Source: Candidatus Poribacteria bacterium (GTDB taxonomy: Bacteria > Poribacteria > WGA-4E > WGA-3G). From it: a stretch of 64,000 nt of DNA. The stretch covers positions 3,520,001 through 3,584,000 of the forward strand of contig OZ251518.1 in the NCBI GenBank assembly GCA_965242965.1, read 5' to 3'. Position numbers and translations under genes: made by a program. The notes beneath the pieces are model-generated. The model did no database searches and was not told where the DNA came from. It was given only the letters and a program-made list of their open reading frames with translations. Below are positions 1-8,287 of this stretch, one piece after another (within the stretch, counting starts at the first letter, position 1; the number at the start of each line of letters is the position of its first letter).

Positions 1-519
1 CCGATAGCACGGCCCTTTGCCCGGATAAAAGACAGTTACCTGTCCCTCAAATTGGAAGATGCTCCCGTGCACGATAGGTTTACCTAACATCACGGAGGCA
101 TCGTTGAGGAGATATCGCGTCGGCAAGTTATCGCAGCCGTCCACAATCAACTCGTATTGCTCCAAAATGCGGAAGGCATTTTCAGAGGTGATGCGTTCGT
201 TATGCGGAATCACCTTGACATCAGGGTTCATCTCGGTAATAGTAGCTGCGGCAGACTGCGTTTTCGGGATGCCGATATCGCTGGTGCCGTGCAAAATCTG
301 CCGTTGCAAATTGCTCCTATCTACGACATCGTCATCAATGATACCCAGCGTGCCGACACCTGCCGCCGCCAGATACACACCCACCGGTGAGCCGAGTCCA
401 CCTGCACCGATGAGAAGCACTTTTGATTCAAGCAGGCGCGTCTGCCCCATCCCGCCTACTTCTTTGAGGATGATATGCCGACTATACCGCTCAATCTGTT
501 CGTTGCTGAAGTTAAACAT
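1..519 (-). CDS. moeB: MoeB/ThiF-family adenylyltransferase (3' end runs off window)
   Basis: Manual translation from ATG at 519: MFNFSNEQIERYSRHIILKEVGGMGQTRLLESKVLLIGAGGLGSP...DRSNLQRQ...DGCDN...GPCYR. These are classic E1-like motifs. Not in the supplied ORF track because it is truncated. Confidence 0.9.
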   Translation of the reverse strand, partial: MFNFSNEQIERYSRHIILKEVGGMGQTRLLESKVLLIGAGGLGSPVGVYLAAAGVGTLGIIDDDVVDRSNLQRQILHGTSDIGIPKTQSAAATITEMNPDVKVIPHNERITSENAFRILEQYELIVDGCDNLPTRYLLNDASVMLGKPIVHGSIFQFEGQVTVFYPGKGPCYR

Positions 520-557
520 TTTTTGTTGTTCCTATCGGATGAGTCAATCGGTTAAAT

Positions 558-856
558 TGAGGGTGTTTCATAACTCGCCCAACGTCGCGAGGACAGTCAC
601 CGGTGCTGCGGTAAAAAAACGCCGCTCCTTCACGTAGGGCGTGGGCCCTCGCATGCCACACGCGCATGCGAGCGGGTTTCCCTCGCCATGCGTTTGGCTG
701 TCAGACCGCATCCCCTCTGTAGGTCAGGATCGCCTGATCCTGACTCGTTTGTGATCAGGCGATCACAAACTACAGAGGTGGGCCCAATGCCTGCCGGTAT
801 TCGCCCTCCCTCCAAGGGCGGAATAAATACCGAAACGGTGTTATGAAACACCCTCA
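558..856. repeat. REP cluster bounded by 16-bp inverted ends (MITE-like)
   Basis: TGAGGGTGTTTCATAA at 558-573 and its reverse complement at 841-856, with GTAG-palindrome modules inside. Confidence 0.8.
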
Positions 857-857
857 G

Positions 858-1436
858 TTAACCGGTTAAATTGGCGCGGAGCTCCGAAAGCGGTTTATCG
901 GAATTCGCGGAAATCCGAAGAGCGAACCGTTCGCGCGCGTCCTCCGAAGTCCGTTTCACCGTAAAAGCATCGTTGCCATACATCTGCTGCAGCACGGGAG
1001 TGAGAACTGCCTGGAGGGTATCCGCTGTCGCCTGCGTATTCGGCGCGAGATTGCGGTTGTTCACCATAAATAGGAGATTCGCGCCGCTGAAATGCACGGC
1101 ATCTTCCAATTCGGCGGACGCTTCCAACTGTTCGCATTTGGACAGTACTTCCGCAAGTGCCTGGCGAATCTTTTCGGCGTTGTCGCCTTTGACGGCGTGC
1201 TTCCGGTTGTAGAGGAAGCCCGGCTGATGCCACGCGTTGTCAATGCTGTAGTTAGCGCGCTTGGAAATCAGCAGCACGCCCGGTCCCGCGTCGACATGCG
1301 AATAATCGGCGTAGTTGAGATAGTCATCTTGCTCACCTTCGTCCATCCAGCGGTTGAAAACCTTGATGAAGTCGGTGTAGTTGATACGGCTGTCTTCGGT
1401 GGTAAACACCTTGATATTAATCTGTTGTAAATCCAT
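858..1436 (-). CDS. Hypothetical protein (192 aa)
   Basis: Protein-like ORF upstream of and co-oriented with moeB; no motif recognised. Confidence 0.75.
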   Translation of the reverse strand: MDLQQINIKVFTTEDSRINYTDFIKVFNRWMDEGEQDDYLNYADYSHVDAGPGVLLISKRANYSIDNAWHQPGFLYNRKHAVKGDNAEKIRQALAEVLSKCEQLEASAELEDAVHFSGANLLFMVNNRNLAPNTQATADTLQAVLTPVLQQMYGNDAFTVKRTSEDARERFALRISANSDKPLSELRANLTG

Positions 1437-1514
1437 TTTTTGTCTTTCGCAATGCGGTTTTTGTTGTTCGCAATGCGTTCGGCTACGTCTTTTGTTGTCT
1501 GACGTTTCCTTACG

Positions 1515-1610
1515 TTAGAGGGCTCTCCTACTGGGAGGAGTCGAGACCGGGAGGTCCCTCCTACCAAGGCAGGAGTCGAGACCGGGAGGTCTCTCCTACC
1601 CAGAGGGTAT
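1515..1610. repeat. Two GTAG-GAGAGACC-type REP copies
   Basis: tcgagaccgggaggtc(c/t)ctcctac occurs twice. Confidence 0.7.
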
Positions 1611-1765
1611 TGAGATTCTGTCATCGACTATTGACGTTGTCGATGGTTGTCGATGCCTCGTTTTCTGGTGCTAATTGCTACCAGTCGTGAAAGTGTGAAA
1701 AAACTCGTTAGGCGCGGCGTTGCAAACGCGCGTGTTCCTCGTGAAAATAGGCTCGGTTGATTCCT

Positions 1766-2011
1766 TTAGGCTATCCCCAGTTCGCTCACGTTTTGCCCAT
1801 CAACGCTGACAACGGTGACTTCCGCTGAGGGTAGCCAGAAAATCTGCCCATTGTTGTCACAGATACAAACCATTGCGTATTCGCCTGCGTCTACGTTGGC
1901 GAGAAAATTGCCCAAAAAAGCGTTCGGTGCCGCCGACTTATAGGCACCAAAACCGGTGCCGAGCAAACAGTAACGTTTGCCGGTTCGCACGTATTCCACG
2001 ATTGTTGCCAT
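1766..2011 (-). CDS. Small hypothetical protein (81 aa)
   Basis: ATG preceded by a GAAGGAAG RBS-like sequence; natural amino-acid composition. Confidence 0.7.
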   Translation of the reverse strand: MATIVEYVRTGKRYCLLGTGFGAYKSAAPNAFLGNFLANVDAGEYAMVCICDNNGQIFWLPSAEVTVVSVDGQNVSELGIA

Positions 2012-2226
2012 CTGTTCTTCCTTCGTAGGCGCGCTTTGTCATCGCGCTTCCCAAATGGGCGTTTTAGGAATTCGCGTCCAGTTTGGACGTTATTAGTTTA
2101 ACACAAACCGTAATCTCGTGCAAGCGATTTTCATTCTCGCTAGAAAACCGCCGTCCCTCTGTCGCGCGAGTGCCTGTCTTTCGCAATCCTGTCTTTCGCA
2201 ATCCTGCCTGGCGCAATCTCGTTCCG

Positions 2227-3243
2227 TTACTGAACCTCCTCATTCGCGCGCTTCACCAACGCATTCATGTAGGCGATGGTATACGCGGTGCCAACGCGAG
2301 AATCGCCAGCCATGCTCGGAATGTGGTCTGGAATCATCACGCCGTTGAAGTTCACCTCTCGAAGAACCTTCGCAACCTGATACATATCCTGATAGCCGTT
2401 GTCGACGAACGTCTCCACGAAGTGCGGGAGCGGCTGATCTACGTTGCGGAAATGCACCTTGAAAATCTTGCCGCGTTCGCCGAAGTATCGGATAGATTCA
2501 ATGACATCTTTGCCCATCAATTCGCCGCCTTCGAGCCAGCAGCCGACGCAGAAGCACATCCCGACGTTCGGGCTATCCGCAATCTCAAGCGCGCGTTTGT
2601 AGCCCTCGAAACTGCTGAAAATGCATCGCGGAATGCCGGCGAGATGCACTGCCGGCGGATCATCGGGATGGATGCCTATCATCACGCCTGCCTCCTCGGC
2701 GACAGGCGCGGCTTCCTTGATGAAGTGCGCGTAGTTATCCCACAACTCCGCCTCGCTGAATTCGCGTCCGTGCGAAAGCGGCATCGGGTAGGTATTACCA
2801 CCCCAGTGTCCCTCTTGCGCGGTTTCCAGATTGAACGCCCGCGCGCTTGCACCGCCACGCGTCGTCTCGCGCGCAGTGCTCCAAATGCCGTTGCCCATGT
2901 GCGCATACGTCGTGTAGGGAATCCCGGCTTTGCCCAAGTCGCGAATATACCGCTTATACTGCTCAAGTTTGGCATCGCGATTCGCTAGGTTCAACACGAT
3001 GCTGTCCTGATTATGGACATCGCTGTTGCCGAATCCATAAATTTTCAGACCGGCGTTCTCGAAAATCTCGCGGCGGCTCATGAAATAGTCGTAATTTGCA
3101 TTCGCGCCGTTCGTCCACAGCACCACGTAATCAACATCCATCTGCTTAGCAAATTGCAAGTCTTCCGGGGTTGGCTCCGGCGACATCTGCGCCGTGACTT
3201 TGATGCCGGGTTCAATGTTTTGTAACGGGTTTTGTGTTGCCAT
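2227..3243 (-). CDS. uxuA: Mannonate dehydratase (UxuA-like)
   Basis: IHPDDPP, CFCVGCW, KIFKVHFRNV, ETFVDNG and IPDHIP motifs. Start moved to MATQN (3243), which follows GGAGG. Confidence 0.8.
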   Translation of the reverse strand: MATQNPLQNIEPGIKVTAQMSPEPTPEDLQFAKQMDVDYVVLWTNGANANYDYFMSRREIFENAGLKIYGFGNSDVHNQDSIVLNLANRDAKLEQYKRYIRDLGKAGIPYTTYAHMGNGIWSTARETTRGGASARAFNLETAQEGHWGGNTYPMPLSHGREFSEAELWDNYAHFIKEAAPVAEEAGVMIGIHPDDPPAVHLAGIPRCIFSSFEGYKRALEIADSPNVGMCFCVGCWLEGGELMGKDVIESIRYFGERGKIFKVHFRNVDQPLPHFVETFVDNGYQDMYQVAKVLREVNFNGVMIPDHIPSMAGDSRVGTAYTIAYMNALVKRANEEVQ

Positions 3244-3284
3244 TTTACGGTTCCTCCGTGAGCGGTGGTTTGTCATACTGGAAG

Positions 3285-3740
3285 TGAGGGTGTTTCATAA
3301 ATCCCCGTAGGAGAGACCTCCCGGTCTCGATGCAATAGAGCGGCGAGCCTACCGGGGCGGCGGCAGAAAGCCCCTTCATCGTAGGGCGAGGGCCTGTCCC
3401 TCGCCATCGTCGGCGCAATCCAACGCTCGCGGGGGACAGGCCCCCGCACTACAAAAAACGTCTCTTAGGTCCGTAGGACCTTAATGTCTATAGCATGCGC
3501 GAACGCGAAGAATCCTAAGGTCCTTTAGGTCCTTAATAGTTTTTGACATGCGGCGCGTTTTTTATTAAGGACCTAAAGGACCTTGAAAACGTAACGACAC
3601 GTGTATCTATAGACATGTAGGTCCTAAAGGACCTAAAACGTCCCCTCTTGACGCTGGCCAACGCGGGGCCTGTCCCCCGCGCTACGGGAACATCGAGACC
3701 AGGAGGTCTCTCCTACGGGGAGCCCTCGCCTTACGGGCAC
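3285..3740. repeat. Modular REP cluster
   Basis: TGAGGGTGTTTCATAA end, GTAGGAGAGACC module, GTAGGGCGAGGGCCTGTCCCTCGCC / GGGGGACAGGCCCCCGC doublet, and the ~170-bp AGGTCC/GGACCT/TCTATAG palindromic module. Confidence 0.85.
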
Positions 3741-3746
3741 AGGCAT

Positions 3747-5144
3747 TTATTCCTCATCCTTTGCCTCTGCCTTCAGCCGATACAGTTCTGCTGTGAGTTC
3801 GGTGACGATGTCGGCATATCTCGGGTCAGCGTAGACGTTGCGCATTTCGCTCGGGTCCTTCTCCAGATCGAAGAGTTCCCATTCCGGCTGTTTCGATTCA
3901 TCAACGGAGCCTGTCGTGCCGAGTGCTTCGCCGTAGTAATAGATGAGTTTATACCGATGCGTGCGGATGCCGTAGTGCGCGCCGACATAGTGGTGCGAGA
4001 GGTGCATCCAATAGCGGTAATACATGGCGGTTCGCCAGTCGTCCGGAGACTCGCCGTTAAGTAACGGACGAAGGCTGCGTCCCTGCATATCGTCAGGAAT
4101 TGGGAGCCCGGCGTAATCGAGCCATGTCTCGGCGAAGTCAATGTTCAACGCCATTGCATCGCAAGAACTCCCCGGCTGAATTTCGCGCGGGTATCGGACG
4201 ATGAAGGGCATCCGCAACGATTCTTCATACATGAACCGTTTGTCATACCACCCGTGGTCCCCCAAGAAAAAGCCCTGGTCGGACGTGTAGATGACTATCG
4301 TGTCATCGGCGATACCGTCGGCATCGAGATAGTCAAGCATCCTGCCGACGTTGTCATCAATTGAGGCGACGCAGCGGAGATATTCCTTCATATAACGTTG
4401 ATATTGCCACTTCGCCAGTTCTTCCTCTGACAACCCATCCGGCGGCGGACCGAGTGTGTCAAATTTCAGGTCGCGGGCGTTCATATCGCGTGCCACCCGC
4501 ATTTTCGCCTCCTTCGCGGCGTTTGAGCGATTGGCGTAATCGTCAAAGAAGGTGTCAGGAAGCGGCACATCCTCGTTTTCAAACAGATGCGCGTGCTTCT
4601 CATCTGAATCCCACGGACGATGCGGTGCCTTGTGATGACACATCAGGAAAAAAGGGCTTTCCCTGTCCCGATGCTGCAGCCATTCCAATGAGAAATCGGT
4701 GATGATATCCGTGGCGTAACCTTTATGCCTTTTCTCGCCGTCTGAATCCAGCATCACCGGATCGTGATAGAGTCCCTGTCCGGGCAAAACGTTCCAATAG
4801 TCGAATCCAGTTGGATCTGCGTTACCGCCGTGTCCGAGGTGCCATTTGCCTACCATTGCCGTTTGATAACCGGCTGCCTGTAGCATCTTCGCGACGTTCG
4901 GTTTTCTGCCATCAAGTTTGTCTGCCAGCGTTTTGACCCCGTTGAGGTGGCTATGTTTCCCTGTCAAGATGTTTGCGCGGCTCGGCGTGCAGATAGAGTT
5001 GACACAGAAGCAGTTACGGAGGAGCATGCCGCCATCGGCGATGCGATCCAGTTGCGGGGTTTGGTTGATGCGACTTCCGTAGCAACTCATCGCGTGAGCC
5101 GCATGGTCATCGGACATGATAAATAGGATGTTCGGAGTGCTCAA
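3747..5144 (-). CDS. Sulfatase (formylglycine-dependent, S1)
   Basis: PNILFIMSDDH, CTPSRA (CxPxR), GKWHLG, YTSDQG motifs. Confidence 0.92.
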   Translation of the reverse strand: MSTPNILFIMSDDHAAHAMSCYGSRINQTPQLDRIADGGMLLRNCFCVNSICTPSRANILTGKHSHLNGVKTLADKLDGRKPNVAKMLQAAGYQTAMVGKWHLGHGGNADPTGFDYWNVLPGQGLYHDPVMLDSDGEKRHKGYATDIITDFSLEWLQHRDRESPFFLMCHHKAPHRPWDSDEKHAHLFENEDVPLPDTFFDDYANRSNAAKEAKMRVARDMNARDLKFDTLGPPPDGLSEEELAKWQYQRYMKEYLRCVASIDDNVGRMLDYLDADGIADDTIVIYTSDQGFFLGDHGWYDKRFMYEESLRMPFIVRYPREIQPGSSCDAMALNIDFAETWLDYAGLPIPDDMQGRSLRPLLNGESPDDWRTAMYYRYWMHLSHHYVGAHYGIRTHRYKLIYYYGEALGTTGSVDESKQPEWELFDLEKDPSEMRNVYADPRYADIVTELTAELYRLKAEAKDEE

Positions 5145-5159
5145 TATAATCTCCTTTTC

Positions 5160-5250
5160 CGGTAGGAGAGACCTCCCGGTCTCGATGCTCTTTAGTAGGA
5201 GAACCCTCCCGTTCTCGTTTTCCGGTAGGAGAGACCTCCCGGTCTCGATG
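5160..5250. repeat. Three tandem GTAGGAGAGACC-type REPs
   Basis: ggtaggagagacctcccggtctcgat repeated. Confidence 0.75.
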
Positions 5251-5556
5251 CGTGACTCTGCCTTTTCATGATTAACAGCCCTATTAGTGAATAGACGGCC
5301 AATTTATAGTAAGTTTATCAGAAAGTGTCAGAATTGTCAAATTCGTTCAACAATTTCCAAAAAACTTTAGGATGCATCAGCGTAACGAGCACCAAAAATC
5401 CCGCGAGAGCTCTGATAGAAAATTTATCCGCTGGGGCACGTTTCCGCACATGTAGAAATTGAGTATACCATAAAATCGTTGGAATGGCAAATCTTTTTTC
5501 TTCACCAGAGCGATTCAGTTCTTCCCAGTAGGTGCGCCTTCCCAATCTTGATTTCT

Positions 5557-6375
5557 GGTAGGAGAGACCTCCTGGTCTCGATTACCGTAGGGCGTGGGCC
5601 TGTGCCTCGCCGGGGTATCGCGCGCGGAGCGATCGCGGGGGACAGGCCCCGCGCTACGGTAACAGGTCATCTTCTTCACAAAACGTCCCCTCATCGTAGG
5701 GCGAGGGCCTGTCCCTCGCCATGCTTCGATCTACCGAATGATCGCGTGGGCCTGTCCCCCGCGCTACGGTAGGCGGATTATCTTCTTCACAAAACGCCCC
5801 CCTTCACCGTAGGGCGTGGGCCTGTCCCTCGCCGGGGTATCGCGCGCGGAGCGATCGCGGGGGACAGGCCCCCGCGCTACGGTGAAAAAAATGCCTCCTC
5901 TTCACGTAGGGCGTGGGCCTGTCCCTCGCCATGCTCCGATCTACTGAATGATCGCGGGGGACAGGCCCCCGCGCTACGGTAACGGGCTATCTTCTTCACA
6001 AAACGCCCTCATCATCGTAGGGCGAGGGCCTGTCCCTCGCCATGTCTCGGGTTACCGAATGATCGCGTGGGCCTGTCCCCCGCGCTACGGTGAAAAAAAT
6101 GCCTCCTCTTTACGTAGGGCGAGGGACAGGCCCTCGCCGCTGGATCCTGACTCGTTCGGGATCAGGCAATCCCGAACTACAGAGTTAGAGTGCGCGCCGC
6201 CTAGTTCAGGAGTGTGCATCGAGACCAGGAGGTCTCTCCTACTGGGGGAGTCGAGACCGGGAGGTCTCGCCTACGCGTCGGGGTAGGAGGGACATCCTTG
6301 TCCCGATACGAAAAATCGAGACCGGGAGGTTTCTCCTACGGTGGTGCATCGAGACCAGGAGGTCTCTCCTACCGG
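5557..6375. repeat. Large tandem REPIN-like array
   Basis: Four to five inverted doublets GTAGGGCG(A/T)GGGCCTGTCCCTCGCC...GCGGGGGACAGGCCCCCGCGCTAC at about 110-120 bp spacing, followed by GAGACC-type units. Confidence 0.85.
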
Positions 6376-6377
6376 AT

Positions 6378-7799
6378 TCAGGATTGAGTAGCTGTCCGCA
6401 AGATAGTCCGATCTGCAGTCCAATTATCCCGATACCATGTGCATGTCTCAAACGTATCGTTGAGTGCCGCCATGCGTGCTTTCAACATCTCGCGGAGAGC
6501 ATCTCGGAGAGATGTCGATGTAGGTTCACTAATGAGATTGTGCATTTGGAACGGATCTGCGACGTTATCAAAGAGTTTCTCGCTGCCATCGGCGCGGTGA
6601 ACGGCGTAGGTATGCTGCTTCGTCCGCAATGCGCGCCACTCATACCCATCCTCCCACTTCGCCGTGCAGCCCATGCCTTGCATAAACGCGGCATCCGGTT
6701 CATCGGTTTGGGCACGGTTTCCTTGCGCCGCGGGCCCTAAATCTGTTCCTTCTACCTCATCAGGAATCGGCAGATGCATGAGTGAGAGGAGCGTCGGCAT
6801 GATGTCAGGCGTATTCAGGCAGGCATCCGAGACATGTCCTGCGGGAATATGCCCCGGCCATCGGATGAGGAATGGGATGCGCACTGCTTCTTCATAAAAA
6901 ATGTTTTTCGCGCGGCGGCCCTGCGCACCGAACATCTCACCGTGGTCGGACGTGAAAACGAAGAGGGTGTTATCGCGCAGTCCAAGTTCATCGATTGCGC
7001 ACAGCAACCTGCCGAGTTGCCTATCCAAATTCGTCGTCATAGCGTAATAGACGCGCATCCATTCGGGTAATTTGCGACGTTCTGTGGGGAACATCTGGGC
7101 CCACGTGTCGCCGAGTGGGTCATTTTCGGCGCGGTAGTTGGGCGGCAGCGGGAAGTTGACATCTCGGAATAGTTCATAATCGGCGGCAGGGACGTTGTCT
7201 TGTGTCCACGGGTCATGCGGTGTGCCGATGGAGAGGAAGAGCGCGAACGGCTTCTCATGCGATGCTTCTCGCAATGCCGCGATTGCCATATCGGTTTGCC
7301 CCTCCGGTTCATAGCCGGGGAGCGGAATCTTCTCAGGCGAGTTTCTGTGGTAATACGCGTCAAAATAGCGGTGATGGAAATTGTAAGCCGCCCAGTCTCC
7401 ATCAAAACCGAGCCGATGCGGGCCTGGCGGGATGTAGGAATTCCTCGGGTCATCGTGATTTCCGAGTTGATTTGCCCACAAGTGCCATTTGCCGATATAG
7501 TGCGTCTGGTAGCCATTTCGATGCAAGACGTGCCCGAGGCAGTCATGGTTTGGGTTCATCCGGAGTTCGTTAATCGCCATGCCGGTACTGCTGGCATATT
7601 TCCCCGTGAAAAGTGAGGCGCGGTAGGGCGCGCACATCGGGCTTCCGGAGACAGCGTTGCAGAAGTTCACGCCTTCTGTGGAGAGTCTATCCATATTCGG
7701 CGTGCGCGCTTTTGCATCGCCGGCATAGCCGCACGATTGATACCGGAGCTGATCGGCGAAGACATAAACGAGGTTCGGTTGGGTTTGTGAGGTTGACAT
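6378..7799 (-). CDS. Sulfatase (S1)
   Basis: PNLVYVFADQ, CAPYRA, GKWHL, FTSDHG motifs. Confidence 0.92.
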   Translation of the reverse strand: MSTSQTQPNLVYVFADQLRYQSCGYAGDAKARTPNMDRLSTEGVNFCNAVSGSPMCAPYRASLFTGKYASSTGMAINELRMNPNHDCLGHVLHRNGYQTHYIGKWHLWANQLGNHDDPRNSYIPPGPHRLGFDGDWAAYNFHHRYFDAYYHRNSPEKIPLPGYEPEGQTDMAIAALREASHEKPFALFLSIGTPHDPWTQDNVPAADYELFRDVNFPLPPNYRAENDPLGDTWAQMFPTERRKLPEWMRVYYAMTTNLDRQLGRLLCAIDELGLRDNTLFVFTSDHGEMFGAQGRRAKNIFYEEAVRIPFLIRWPGHIPAGHVSDACLNTPDIMPTLLSLMHLPIPDEVEGTDLGPAAQGNRAQTDEPDAAFMQGMGCTAKWEDGYEWRALRTKQHTYAVHRADGSEKLFDNVADPFQMHNLISEPTSTSLRDALREMLKARMAALNDTFETCTWYRDNWTADRTILRTATQS

Positions 7800-7877
7800 A
7801 TTGGTGCCTCGTCATCCAGAAAATCTTGTTCTATTTTAGCATGAAAAGTCAAAAACGTGCGGATAAAAAAAGGAGGT

Positions 7878-8170
7878 GTCGGTAGGAGAGACCTCCCGGT
7901 CTCGATTACCGTAGGGCGAGGGCCTGTCCCTCGCCATGCCTCGGCACCCCGAACGATCGCGGGGGACAGGCCCCCGCGCTACGGTGAAAAAACGCCGACT
8001 CTTCACGTAGGGCGAGGGCCTGTCCCTCGCCAGGCTGCGGTTTACCGGAAGATCGCGGGGGAAACCCGCTCGCATGCGCGTGTGGCATGCGAGGGCCCCC
8101 GCGCTACGGTAATCGTCGCGGCAGTCTCTCCTACCCGGCGGGCATCGAGCGATTTATGAAACTCCCTCAG
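7878..8170. repeat. Modular REP cluster
   Basis: Same modules; ends in TTATGAAACTCCCTCA. Confidence 0.8.
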
Positions 8171-8287
8171 ATTAAAACTGATTGCCTTTGCCGAGACTAT
8201 CAGAATTTGCGTAAATCTTGTATAATGTTCCTAATCAACTTTGCGAGGGCGGCTGTCTCTCCGTCCGTTACTTAAGGAGTCTTTCTC

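Noticed and set aside
59-637. Plus-strand 192-aa ORF (also 2083-2988 and 38319-39281)
   Set aside because: Antisense shadows of the moeB-like, uxuA-like and XDH genes.
5557-6375. CRISPR array in the regularly spaced palindromes
   Set aside because: Units alternate in orientation, the 'spacers' are related to each other, the same units are dispersed through the window, and no cas genes are present.
5318-6451. Short ORFs with RRARACPSP/VGRGPVPR/GDRPPRYG peptides here and in other clusters, and N-terminal extensions such as 49350-49640 and 38014-38127
   Set aside because: These are translations of REP modules, not genes.
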